A stretch of 40,555 bases of DNA, from assembly GCA_003971905.1 (NCBI GenBank), contig RSEE01000129.1, forward strand, positions 124,001 through 164,555, read 5' to 3'. Shown here in pieces: positions 1 through 13,130 of the stretch. The stretch's first letter is position 1; each line of letters starts with the position of its first letter. Origin of the DNA: Moniliella sp. 'wahieum'. Taxonomy: Eukaryota. A program made the translations under genes and the position numbers. The notes under the pieces are model-generated. The model made no database searches and was not told where the DNA came from. It saw only the letters and a list, made by a program, of their open reading frames with translations.

Positions 1-1669
1 ACGGGGGTCGCTGCTTCGCTGCTATCGACATGCACGAGCCATGGGGTCGGACCAACATGTCCAAAGGAAGCAACACGAGGCTGTGGGGTAGCACGTAATA
101 CAGGGTGGTGCATCCAATATGTCCCGACCCTACGCAGTGCGATGAACATTTCAACACCGCTAGCTCGGCACTCGGAGGGTGCTGCCCGGTGCGGGAGCAG
201 AGGGGTATCCATAGGGCCAGCGCAGGTCACCGGTCACCGGTCACCGATCACCGCAGCGGGTGGATACCAGGGAGACGCATACGTACATCCCACACATGTC
301 AGATCTAGCAGATCGGGAGCGCTCGCAGTGGGCCCATGCGTCGGACGTACGAGACGGAGGACGATAGTAATATGGGTGCGTGATGCCCTGAAGTCATGGG
401 ATCGGTGAGATCTCAGTCCGAGATCCGAGATCTCTGAGGCTGGGCGGCTGTGCGCTGGCTGAGGCGCTAAGGCTGAGACTTCCTCTGGCGCCTGTGCATG
501 GGCCTGCGGAGGCACGGGCGCACTCTGCATGCGCACTCGTTGCAGGGCAGCTTGGTTGTTTGCAGGCGCCACGCTGAAAGCTGCAGCGCGCTGCTCTGGG
601 CGCTGGGCGCTGGGCAATGCCGGCACAGCTGCCACTGAAAACGTCCAACTTGAATCGGAATCTGAGTCTGAGATCTGAGATCGGAATAGAGTTGATCGAG
701 ATGATCGATGATCGATGCAAGGGACGTGTGACGCTATGCATGATGCCGAGGGTCTGCCCGGGCCGTCAGATGCGCTGCGCTGCCGGCCAGCCTTCTGCTG
801 CCGCATCACTAGCAGCAGCATCACACATCACGCGCCGCGACGCCCCTTGCATCTGCATGCATCGCCACTCCCACCATCCCCACCACCACCACCACCACCG
901 CCGCCACTCGCTGCTGTCCAACCACCCGCCACCGTCACATCCTCTCCGCCCGCCGTCCCATCCTTTGGGCCCCTGGCTGTCCGTCTTCTATTGCTGTAGC
1001 TGTTGCTGTTGCTGCTACCCTCCTAGTAGTGCTGCTGCTGCCGCCGCCCGTGCAGCCTCTCCTTCTTGCCGCTTAACCGCAGCCCCTCCGCCGCTGCTAC
1101 CACCGCAGCCTCTGCGCTTCTCCCGCGCCACGCGTCCGCCAGCTCTTCCTGGCATTTAACGGCGCTGTTCACCCCCGCCCCCACCCTCTCCCACCGCCTC
1201 TTCTCCCCCCCGGCAGCCGATCCGCGCCCTGCCACTTCTTCCTCTTCCACCCCACCACCCCCACCCAACCCAACCGTAGCGCTCTGTTTGCGCTGCTCTT
1301 ACATGGCTACTTGATTGTCCCACTTCCTTATCTCCCTTCGTGTTGACCTTCCGTGAGTCTTTTCTGTTGCCTTTTCCTGCACCCACATTTCTTGGCTAAC
1401 CTGCTTGCCCCCTCGTCTCTCTGCACCGCTGTCAACAGGATACCGTCAAGGTCGTTTTCCTCACTGGTAGCCATCCCATTGCGCCCATCCCAAGTTTTGC
1501 CGTCTCCAGCCCAGTCCAGTCCCTCACCGCCTATCAATCCCGCTATCTGCTACCGAACATCCACTTCTGCTGTGGACTATTCTCGCGTGCTTGGTTTATT
1601 CTGGTATTTTTCGCTACCGACTCGTCTCGATTGATTGTACCATCCTCCTCACCCTCGTGCCGTTTTCCC

Positions 1670-4600
1670 ATGACCGATCCCCAACAAACCGATCTGTCCG
1701 CCTTCTTGAACATGAACCACGGCTCCGCCACCCCCTACGGCCACCCCAGCTCGGGTGCTCCCCTTTCGATGATGCCCTCTCTGAGCGGCACTAGTCTTTT
1801 CCCCGAAAATTTTTCTTCTCTGTTAGACATCAACATGGCTCCCTTTGATCCCGATCACATCCCCGGGTGCCACTCCCCTGTTTGGTATGCCTCCTCCTAC
1901 CCTGGCCGACGCTGGCTTCCCTACCGACTCTGGTGCCGAATTTGGCGATTCGATGACGTCGACCCGACCATTTGGAGCCTATGATACGCATCCCTCGGCC
2001 CCCATGGCCTTCCCACCATCAGCACCTGCTTCTCAAAATGGAGTAGCCATGGGTCTGGCACGTACGGGCCAAGGCACGATGGGTATCTCCTCTGCCCCCC
2101 TTCCTTCTGACGCCCCGCTTGACCAACCGATGATGGGCGCGGTGATGCCTATTTTGATGGACTCGGGCTACCACCAGCGCATTCTTCAGTACCACCGCAG
2201 TCTTGCCCAACACTGCCTAGGCCCGCAACCTCTCCCCCCCGCCCCTATGTCTGGCAACGGTATTCCGGCCACTATGCAAGGGGGGCAGTCGTCGCTGTCT
2301 CTGCAAGAGCGTCGCCGCCAGAAACGGCTGGAGCAACAAGCTGCGCGCCAGCGCCAGATGCCTCAACACATCACATCTTCTCAACCGAAGCGCACAGCTT
2401 CGTCTACGGGGTTCACTCCTGATTTCCCCCCCGCCCCATAGCCGCGCAAAGATGACAGAGGCGGCGGCTACAGTTGCCGCTCAGGTGCGATCATCTGATT
2501 CCAAGACCACAGGCCTCAACACGACGCAGGAAGGCGTCCTCCTTCCTTCCTCCGCAAGTGTGCAGGACACCGTCGACGGTCGTCAGGCAGAGGCTCCGTC
2601 TAAGGAATTGTCGCCACAGCTACCGCACCATCCCTACTCTGCGTCCGGTTTCGATGTTCTCAAAGCACTTATCAAGGTTGCTTCGCGGCCCAATCCGATG
2701 TCAACATTGGTCCGGTGGACCAGTCGTGTTCCTTTACGATTGTCGATGTGGAATTACCGGACCAGCCGATTGTCTACTGCTCGGACACGTTTCTTCGTCT
2801 GACGGGGTACGAGGAACACGAGGTGCTCGGGCGGAACTGTCGGTTCCTTCAAGCGCCTGCCGGGCTGGTGCAGAAGGGCTCGGAGCGATATGCAACGGAC
2901 CACCAAGCGGTTGAGCATCTGGCCAAGTTTTTGGCCCAAACCAAAGAGTGCCAAGCGAGTCTGATCAACTATCGTAAAGATGGCCAACCGTTTATCAATT
3001 TGGTCACGATTGTGCCCATCACGTGGGACGATGCGGAGCGGATCAAATACCTGGTGGGCTTCCAGATTGACTTGGTGGAGCAACCCGGGTCAATTGTGGA
3101 AAAGATGTCGGATGGTTCGTACTTTGTCAATTACTCGGCCATCAACCCGACGGCCTCTGGCCCGGCAGGGCTGACGGCGCTTGCGTCTCACTGTCTCCCC
3201 CCGAGGCTCGTGGGCCCCGGCGACGGTGAACCTAACCCCTGAGGAACTGGCGATGGAGCGCAAGTTGGACAATGCTGAGAATGTAGCCAAGGCAGTGAAG
3301 GGCAAGTTGGAGCAGCCCTCGTGGGCCAATTTGATCCTGGACAATGCGCACGACCTTACCTTTGTCCTCTCGCTCAAGGGCACCATCTTTTACATGTCTC
3401 CGTCGGTCGAACACATTCTTGGGTTCTTGCCCTCGGACCTGATCGGCTGCTCGATCGCCGACTTTACCCATCCTTCAGACGTGGTACCGGTATTCCGGGA
3501 ACTGAAGGACTCCACCTCCAACGCCTCCATTGCTGCCTCGGCCCGCTCGGCGTCCCACCGTCGTGGACGCACCCAACGCGACTTGGCACCCACGGTCAAC
3601 CTGCTGTTCCGCATGCGCTGTAAAAGCAACTCGTACCGCTGGATCGAGTCGTCGGGCAAGTTGCATCTCGAGCAGGGCAAAGGGAGGAAAGTTGTTGTCT
3701 CGACCGGACGACCGCGACCTGTGTATTATCTTGCGCAGGACATCCTCACCCGCATGGCTTCGACCCAACTGGGATTTTGGGCGCGCGTGTCGACGGACGG
3801 GTTGTTCCTCAATGTGCTTTCGCCCGTGGCGAACGTACTGTGTGTACCGCCGCGCGCATTGATGGGCAAAAAGTTCCATGAACTGTGCGAGCCTGCTGCG
3901 GCAGTCGCGCTTGGGCAGGCGGTACACACGTCCCATCCGACAGCTGTGTTGCATACCCTGTCGGCGACCGAGGGGCAAACAGTGAATGTAGTGTCGAGTT
4001 TGTATCCCAGCCCATTGATGGAGCCGGAGACGGTGCATGCGTCGGCGCATGTGAGCGTCTGGATGCACATTGCGCGTGCCACCACCAAGCAGATGGATGA
4101 ATGGCCCGCCAACCTCGTCCTTTGTCCCGACAAGACCGCCAACGAGGAAAAGAGGAGTCGAACGTGTTTTGCGAGATGGCGCCAGGGCGTGGATCGAGTT
4201 GGTGCTACGAACTACACTTGCTCAAAAACATCAATCGACGACTCAAGGAAGATCTGCGTACGGTGCACAAGAACCGTCTCGGATCCCGTTCCCATTCCTC
4301 CTTGCTCGACCCCACCCTACCTGTGGGACGGCGCCGTCGGGCCAAGAACGCCCCTTTGACCGATGCGGCGATTCGGGAGATGCTCTACTCGGCGCTGCAG
4401 CCTCAACCCGGCGAGCGTGGACCGTTTGCTCCTGTCCAGGGCAAGCCACTTTGCACCCGTTCCTCCTCTTCCGAGGAAGGCAGCGCAAGTGGGAGTGGGA
4501 GCGGGAACGGAAGCGGGAACAAGGACCGGGGCGGCACCAGTCGCTCTTCCACTACCCCCACCGTGTCCAACCCGGGCTCAGGGATTCGGTCCACCGTCTC

Positions 4601-4887
4601 CTCGGACCTGTTACCACGAGAAAGTTCCGAGTCGACCAGTGCCACTTCGCAACTTGCGTCTGAGGAGAGTGGGAAAGAGGTCGGCAAGCCCGATACTCCC
4701 CTTTCGTCGGCCGCGACCGTACGATATGACCTCGGGTCCGGACGGCTCCACCGAGTCGTCTCTCCTCCTCGGCGCGGATTACCTCACGTACCTCCCTCCC
4801 GCTTCGTTTTCGCGCGACGCCTTGGGTTCCGGCACGGGCTCCGGCTCTGCCTCTGCCTCCGGCTCCGGCACAGGATTCGCACCTTGA
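1670..4887 (+). CDS. wc-1: White collar-1 blue-light photoreceptor (LOV + PAS domains, no C-terminal GATA zinc finger seen); several frameshifts
   Basis: N-cap YSASGFDVLKALIKVASRPNP, then LOV with GRNCRFLQ (about 2829) and NYRKDGQPFINLVTIVP. PAS repeats follow (LSLKGTIFYMSPS...HPSDVVPVFRELKD...WIESSGKLHLEQGKGRK), then the C-terminal RGSSWCYELHLLKNINRRLKEDL motif. Assembled from ORFs 1631, 1845, 2452, 2715, 3181, 4101 and 4363; start ATG (MTDPQQ) and stop are inferred. Confidence 0.92.
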
Positions 4888-6618
4888 TCTCAATTCATCC
4901 ATCCTCCCGAGCTGTGTACCGGTTTATTTTGTCCCCTCTGCATCGTTTTTGTTCGTGGTAGGCTGTTCTTCCATGACAACATATGTGACATGTGGCATGA
5001 TGGGACGATCCTCTCCTTTTGACGCTCGTCTCATCTCTCTCCCCCCTCTGGGTTGTTCTTGTTCTTTGTTTCTTGTTTCCTGTTCGCCATCCCGCATCCT
5101 CCTTGTTTTTTGTTGGTTGCGGGGGTACCGAGGATCATGTCGATTGGCATACTCGGTCGCAGCTGCTACGTGCTCTTGTTGTCTGTTTTGTATCTTGTTC
5201 GTACCTCGTGGACTGTTGTTTGGTGGCGAAATTAGGCGCAGCGAAAACCCTTGAACCTGTGGTCCAGCACGCACCCGTGGTTCGTGCTCGCGTTGCGTTG
5301 GCCATATGCAGCCTGCATGGTCCATTGGCGCAGGGTGAACGTTGAACGTTGTACGTTGATTGATAGTATCTTGCTACTTGCTATTCTACCCGCGACTTTA
5401 GTATCTATAGATGCGAGACCTTCCTCCGGGATAGGAGATAAGTCAGCGAGGCAATGGAGGATAAGCTGTACATGCTCTCTCTTCCGTGGCCACTATATGA
5501 TCTCGATAGTCAACTTCTCGCCTCCACACCTTGAGACCAGGCGAGACGCATTCCGACTCCCGTTGGCAGCGCACTGCTACTGACCAAACCCACATCCATT
5601 CCATCCAGACGGAGATGTCACTGCTAAGGAGGATATAGCAGAGTGTGAAACGATACTTGCGACGAATAAAAAACACTACAGTTCGGCTTCGTGAACTTAG
5701 GAACCGAAACAAGAAGGATGAAAATGGAAGAGTATCATAGGAGAGTAGGGCGGGCTACCAAGCACACCACAGAACAACAACCCTCTGGATCGAGATCACA
5801 CTCACTTGTGATCAGAATGAGGACGGTGTGCTTGCTTGCAGGGCGAGCTAATAGTAGTACCAGATCCACATGAAGCAGCGAGGACTTTTGGCACAGCCAT
5901 CGTCACTCTTGCCAATGATTCTCACTTCCTGATACATTATAGGTATAGACCCCCCCTTTGAACTCCTCGTATCCAAATAGCACATTGAGAGGCTGCCGGG
6001 TGGTGGAGCACGGCGGTTGAGGCGATGAAACGACCTTCGCCCACCATTGTCTGAAACACCTTCCCTTAAACCGATGACCGAAACGTCCATCCGTGCGCAA
6101 CGCACCCCAACGAAGAGAGAGGATGGTAGTAGGGGGGGAGCCATTGGTATCGTGGTACCCTGCTGTTCCCTGTTCCCTGTGGGCTTTGCCCGAAACGAAG
6201 AGCAAGATGAGAAGACAGGATGGACGTTGCAGTGGCCTGTGCCCCGCAAATCTCGCTGGACAACTGTACGGGTCACAGTGGGAGCGCATGGGCCCGGACC
6301 GTGGGCGACGACAGAGCGGATGGGAGAACCGGCGCGGGCGTGAAGGCCTAGCATGAGTTTGCGTTTAATACCCGTCGCTGTCGTGGCAGCGTACTTCTGT
6401 TCTGCTTGTCCTCTTTTCTGTTCTTCTGCCCTTTTTATACTCACTGGGTTGAGTGCCTATCGATCATCGAGATCATCTATCTACCCTATCAACCCCATCT
6501 ATCCCATCTACCTCGTCCCTCTCACCAATCTCATCCACAGGTACGCCGCCTGTGCAACGCGCAGCAAAGTCGCTCGAGTAGGACTGGGAACCATGCATAT
6601 CGCGCTCTCTGTCCTGTC

Positions 6619-9600
6619 TCACGCCGCTGTTCCCACCAGCGCCGGTGTGGGCGCCCGGTCAAACAGCAAGCGACGTGGGGGCGGGAGTGTAGGTCGTGTA
6701 CTGACGAGCGAAGGAAGGCCCGTACCCAAGCCATGGGTTGGCTTGCCCATGATGATGCTCTCGGACACACCTTCGATCCCATCGTTCTTCCCAAACATGC
6801 GGCATCAACAAGTGGTCCGTCGTCTTTTCAAACGACGCGAGCATCAGCACGCTGTCCTTCATCTTGGCCACACCAAAGCGCGTGATGCCCAGTACTTCGC
6901 CCTTGTACGACATGACGTCCGCCAAGAGCATGACGTGGCGCGGATCGACGCCCAAGCCATGTGCGCTCATGGTTTCTTGAATCTCGTTGTAGATGGAGGA
7001 ACGGGCAGCTTCGATGCCCAACACGTCGCACATTTCCATCACGTGGTTGGTGTAGGTATGCGTGCCGACGACGCCGACGGTGGTCATGACTTCCTTGAGG
7101 CCGTAGCCTTCGGCCCGGACCTTGTAAATGCCCTTTTCGGGTGTGACGATCGCATGAAGAATATGTTGGTTGCCAGCGACCACAATCGAGTCCAATTGCC
7201 GCCGCAGCGCCGAGAGCGCATACGACCCATTCTCATCTTCTCGGTCAATGTAGATGCGGATCCGGCCCAGCTTCTCCGACATTTGCACACGCGACTCGTT
7301 GATGCGCAACTTGGGCGTCTTGACAATCGCCCGCTTCACGTCCGCCACACTGATTTCCAACTGCAGTTTGGAGATGGTCTCGAGATCGACGTGCAGGCCA
7401 ATGTAGGCATAGTCCCGTCCTACCACCCCTCCACCACGCTCGTCACGTCCGTCAAGTACGTCTTCTCGATCCGGCCCTTGACGATCCGTGCCGCTGCCTC
7501 GCTCTTGTCCGATACCAAGCTGGTCTCGATGATCGGGGTGGAAATCACCTTGGCGGCATTGATGATCTCTTTGATCCGCGGTACACCGCGCGTGACGTTC
7601 ATTGAGGCCACACCGCAAAGTGGAAGGTTTTGAGGGTCATTTGTGTGCCCGGCTCACCAATGGATGAGCGCCGATCGCTCCGACAGCCGTGCCCGGTTCG
7701 GACCTTGGCACGCATATACTTTTCCCGCACAACTGCAAGAACTTGTCCACGGCCGCTACGGTGACCTTGGTCTTGTTCTCCACCACTTGGATCGACGCAG
7801 CGTCCGCACCCATGGTCAGGTCCGTATCTTCGTCCCAATCCCCTTCGCGTTCTTGCGCCGGGTAGAGACCATAAGCCTCCCGAATCTGCGCGGCACGCTT
7901 CACCACCGAATCCACGATGAACGCACGGATCTGTTGGCGGTACATGAGCGTGGACTGGGCAAAACGAGGCTGGGCAAGATGCTTGTCCACCAGCTCTGTG
8001 ATTTCAAACGGCAACAAGGTGCGCGAGGGAACGTTGCGCGTGATGGCGCGCGCGTGGCGCCAGGTGCGCATGTACTCGACCGGCAGTGCATCGGCTTCGA
8101 GCTCGGCCGGGTCCAACCCATCGTCTCCATAGACGAATTGGACCACGCCTCCTACCGAGTTACGGACCGATGTGTCGTAGTGCGTCGACAGGTCTTCCAG
8201 CGCCTTCATCAACCGACGTTGCATGTACCCCGTCTCGGCCGTCTTACTGCCGTGTCGACGAGACCCTCACGGCCCGAGATGGCGTGGAAGAGGAATTCGG
8301 TGGGGTAAGGCCAGTGTAGAACGAGTTGCGAACAAATCCTTTACTCGGCGGGTCCTTGCTCTCTTGGCAAAGTGCGGGAGCGAACGTTCTTGGAACCCAT
8401 TGGGAACACGTTTGCCACTAATAATTTGCTGTCCTACACAGGCCACCATTTGCGCCACATTGATCGTGGATCCCTTGGAACCACATACGGCCATTACCAG
8501 CGGAGCGTTGTGGCGACTCAGTTCGGACATGCAGATGTCACCCACATCTTTCCGAACATCCGACAGCACGCCCGAAATCTTGTTTTCCAGCGTCAGGTCT
8601 TGGTCGCACCCAGGCTCGTTTTGCAGCTGGCCCAACTTGGCCTTCTCGATCAGGTCCAAGCAGCGCGCATAGGCAACCTCAACCTTATCGTCCTTGTGGG
8701 TCGACAGCTTGATGCCCGGCATGACATCGTTAATGCCCAAGGAAAAGCCTTGGTTGGTCAACCAGCGTGCGCACGTCTTGGCCAACCGGTTCATACCTTC
8801 GCTCGCCACGTTCGAACCATAGTCGCGCTGCATCACACCAAAGATGGAGTTCTTCTTGCCATCTCCCACCGACGCCTTGTCCACCACACCACACATGATC
8901 TCACTGTTCTGAATCACGAGGAAGCCATCGTTGGGCGACATGTCCTCAATGTACCCAGCGCGCGGCTTTTCAAACGTACGGCACTTGGCCTCTAAGTTGA
9001 CCAGCACATGGCCCGCTTCGCGGTTGTTAGGGCGCATTAATAGGCCAAACGCTTGCTTGCCTGTCCAGAGCCGCTCTGGCTTGAGGATGGTTGGCGGCGG
9101 AAGGTCAATGTGCGTAGTGCCATCGCCAAACGCAGCGCACACCTGGGCCAACTGGGCACGGTTGAACAGCCGGTCACGCTTGGTCAAGAGGTACGACGCT
9201 GTAATAAAGTCTTGGGTCGCCGCAATGATCGGTTCGCCGTTGCGGGGGTAATCAGGTTTTTTTGACGCCCATCAAGATGGTGGCCTCGGTACGGGCCTCT
9301 TCAGTCTGGGGAACGTGCATGTTCATCTCGTCGCCGTCAAAATCGGCATTGTAGGGGTTGCAGACACACTCGTTGAGACGGAACGTACGCCATGGCCGCA
9401 CCTTGACGCGGTGGCTCATGATGGACAGCTTGTGCAGCGAAGGTTGCCGGTTAAACAGCACAATGTCATCGTCGTGAATGTGGCGTTCGACAATGTCGCC
9501 AATCTTGAGGTGCTTGGCGCCTTCTTCGCGTCGCGCCATAAACTTGATCATACGCTTAAAGCCGGTCACCCCATCCTCAATAAAGTTGGCACCCGGATGC

Positions 9601-10915
9601 ACGTCCGGACCATTGATCACGGCCTGTCGGAGTTTTTCAATGTTGTGTTCGTTGACGCGCTCAGGGTATGTCAAGATCTTGGCCACACGCTCGGGCACAG
9701 CCACCTCGTCAATACGCAAGTTGGGTCGGGGGGATGACGGTACGACCAGAGAAGTCGACACGTTTGCCGCTCAGGTTCCCACGGAACCGACCTGCCTTAC
9801 CCTTGAGTCGTTGACAGAACCCGCGAACGGGTTTCCCCGCGCCAGGACCCATGCTCTGCGCTACACCAGGCAGCTCCGAGTTGATGTAGAGTGCACAAGT
9901 CATTTGGAGAAAGTCCCATTGCTCGACGAGCTGGTTGATGGGCGCGCCGCGCGAGATGGAGGTGCGCACCAACGCATTGGCAAACACAATCTCAGCAATC
10001 TTGATTGTCAGGTCATCCTCATTGGTCGCCGTCTCTTGCTGCACGGCAGGGCGGATGCAAAACGGGGGGACGGTGATGTACTGCCACAGATACTCCTCCG
10101 GCGACCGTGTTCAGGACGGAGACCTAGCAGCTCGCAGTCCTCGTCCGAGATGCGCTTGAACAGCTCGAGGACCTTGAGTGGGTTCAGGTCGTCCTGTGCA
10201 CGATTGAGGTGCTGTTTGACGTCGGTCCCGCTCCCAGGGCCAGAGCCGCCGGTGCTGATCATGTAGTCGAACGAGTCATAGAACTGAGCTTGTTCCTCGG
10301 CCGTCTTTTTGGCCGGAACTTTTCGTGGACGATTTTCAACGGCCCCGCCTTCTTGACAACGCCGTTGGTGTTGCCACAGTGGGGGCAGTGGACGACTTTG
10401 CGAGCGGCTGTGTTGACCTGCTTGAAGGTTTGGGTGCGCTTGAGGTTCTCGAGCCCACGACGGCGAAACGCGCGCAAGTACTTGCGTCGGTCCGCTTCGT
10501 CGAGCAGGACGGTGGAGCAGCTCTTGCAGATGACCTGGAGGATGGAGATGGTGTGCTTAAAAAAGCCGACGTGGAAGACGGGGAGCGAGTTTGACATAGC
10601 CAAAGTGGCCGACACAGTCGCTCATATCCTTGTGGCACGTTTCGCATGTGCCGTCCTTGCTGACACACCTGGAGCGCACGAGAGGGTCAGAACGAAGAGG
10701 CCGGGCCAGAGAAGAGGGGAGGCAGGGAGGGAGAGCGGACGTACGAGGCGAGCATCGTTGGGCCCGCCGGGCATGGGCTTGTTGGAGTTGGGCTCATAGA
10801 GAGAGCGGTCGACGACCTCGACCTGGGAGAGCTCGACAATCTCCGAGGGCGACAGGACGCCGAACTGGATGGACTTGATGCTCTTGGGAGCGCCCGACTT
10901 GACGATCTCCTTCAT
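6619..10915 (-). CDS. RPC1: RNA polymerase III largest subunit; intron 10669-10744; frameshifted
   Basis: Catalytic [67 protein letters not shown] and [28 protein letters not shown]. It lacks the YSPTSPS CTD of RPB1. Intron has GTACGT donor, CTGAC branch and CAG acceptor. Stop TGA at 6619-6621 after frame correction. Confidence 0.96.
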
Positions 10916-11721
10916 GGTGGGGGGGGGGCGGGCGCAGCCGAGGGAGGCAGCCGCTGGGCGGGGGCTGTGAGCGGCGATGGGCTGGGCGGTGGGTGGATGC
11001 GCTTTGGACGAGACGAGCGACGTTGAAAAAAGTGGGCGAGGAGCTTAGCTCAGCATGGGCATTTGTGCGTCCAGCTGCATTTGAAACTTGAAAGCGGGTT
11101 GTGCTTAGGCAAGAAGGGGCGGGCGGAAAGGGCAAGCCGGGCGGAACGCACAACGCAGAGCGGCGGCCGGGGGCGCTACGCTGCCTGCCTGCGTGGGTTT
11201 GGTTGGCGCTGGCCCACAGCGCCGCAGACCCCAGGCGAACTGGCGCTGCGGCCCAGCGCAGCGCAGCCGAGTAGGGTTGCGCTTGCGCTCGTGGATTGTT
11301 CTCGAAGCGCGCCGGCATGCGCATCAGGCTGGCGCCGTGCACCCCGGGACCCTGGCCCGCGCCCGCACGTGGCGAGTGTCGCGCCGCGCCCTGCCCCGCG
11401 CCACCCGGCCTGCGGCACAGGGCCAGTGGCAGCCGACGCTCACCGGTGGTGCACAGATCAGCGGTCGTCCCTTCCCATCCGCGGCCCCGCTTATTGGCGG
11501 GAAGCGTTCATGCATAGGCACAATGGCGGATGGCCGATGACGAATGGTGCATGATCGATGATCGATGAGCAACGTCGACGCGGCTGAGCCCGAGGGAGGC
11601 GTGGTTGGATGCGTGTGCGCTTGGCCGCTGGACGGCGTCTGGCCAGTGCACGGCTGCCCACGCCCCCCACCACCACCTGCCGCCCCCCTCCACCACCCTC
11701 CCCCCTCCCCCCCTGCACGCC

Positions 11722-13130
11722 ATGTCCAGCGCCATCAACGGCGTCCACCTGCCTCCCCTTGCGACAGCACCGTCATCAAGGTCCTCGCCACCGTCGGCTC
11801 TGCCGCCCCCAATGCCCCCCCGTCGAGATCGGGTACAACTCGTGCAAGGTCATTGGCAACGGCTCCTTTGGCGTCGTCTTCCAGGCCACCCTTGTCCAGG
11901 GGCTCGAGCCCAAGCCCGGCCAGGAGGAGGGCCACAAGGACATTGCCATCAAGAAGGTTCTCCAGGACAAGCGCTTCAAGAACCGCGAACTGCAGATCAT
12001 GCGCATCATTGACCACCCCAACGTGTGCGACCTGCGCGCCTTTTTCTACTCCAACGGCAACAAGGTACGTTTTCGGCATCCCCTCTTGGCCGCACAGCGT
12101 GCACTGTCGCTAACCTAACCTTTTATCCCCTGCCCGAGAAGGACGAGGTGTACCTCAACCTCGTGATGGAGTATGTGCCAGAGACGATTTACCGCTCCTT
12201 GCGGACGTATGTCAAGGCCAAGCAAAACATGCCCATGATCCTCATTAAACTCTACATGTACCAGCTCTTCCGCTCTCTCGTCTACATCCACTCGATGGGC
12301 ATCTGCCACCGCGACATCAAGCCCCAAAACCTGCTGCTCAATGCCCAGGCCGGCGTGCTCAAACTCTGCGATTTTGGTTCGGCCAAGATCCTCAACCCGG
12401 GCGAACCCAACGTATCCTACATTTGCTCTCGCTACTACCGCGCTCCTGAACTGATTTTCGGTGCGACCAACTACACAACCAGCATTGGTGCGTACTATCC
12501 CCTTCCTTCTGTCTTACTGGCTGGCTGGCCCCTGGCGGCTATCCTCCCTTAGGAGCGTTGACGTGACTGACCAAGTGGGTCCTATCCATTCTACATAGAC
12601 ATTTGGTCTACCGGCTGTGTCATGGCCGAACTGATGCAAGGACAGCCGCTTTTCCCAGGTGAGAGTGGGATTGACCAATTGGTAGAGATCATCAAGATTC
12701 TCGGCACACCCTCGCGTGAGCAGATCAAGGAGATGAACCCGGCGTACATGGAGCACAAGTTCCCGCAAATCCGCCCGCATCCGTTTAACAAGGTCTTCCG
12801 TGCGCGCACCCCTCGGATGCGATCGACCTCTTGTCCCAGTTGCTCGTCTACACCCCCACTGCACGGCTGAGTGCAGCCGAGGCCTTGGCTCACCCGTACT
12901 TTGACGAACTGCGGCAGCCACCGCCCGAAGGTCAGACGAGCCATTTGTTGCCGAACGGCCGCCCGTTCCCCCCATTGTTTAACTTTACCCGCGAAGAACT
13001 GTCGGTTCGTCCTGACTTGATTGGGAAGCTGGTGCCTCCGCATGCCGAAGCGGCACTGCTGGCCCAAGGCATCGACGTGCACAACTTTGATCCCATCCCA
13101 GCCAGCGCACTGCGTGCTTCGCTCGATTAG
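11722..13130 (+). CDS. GSK3: Glycogen synthase kinase-3 (Rim11/GSK3) Ser/Thr kinase; introns 12065-12138/12141 and 12488-12598
   Basis: [90 protein letters not shown]; both introns have GT donors, CTAAC/CTGAC branch sites and AG acceptors. Confidence 0.96.

Noticed and set aside
617..1159. 180-aa ORF with poly-His and poly-Cys upstream of wc-1
   Set aside because: It derives from CAC/TGC low-complexity tracts typical of leader regions here and has no domain. A uORF or N-terminal extension cannot be excluded but is unsupported.
6353..10799. Long plus-strand ORFs (e.g. 6353-7633, 9478-10266)
   Set aside because: Antisense shadows of RPC1, expected with GC-rich codon usage.
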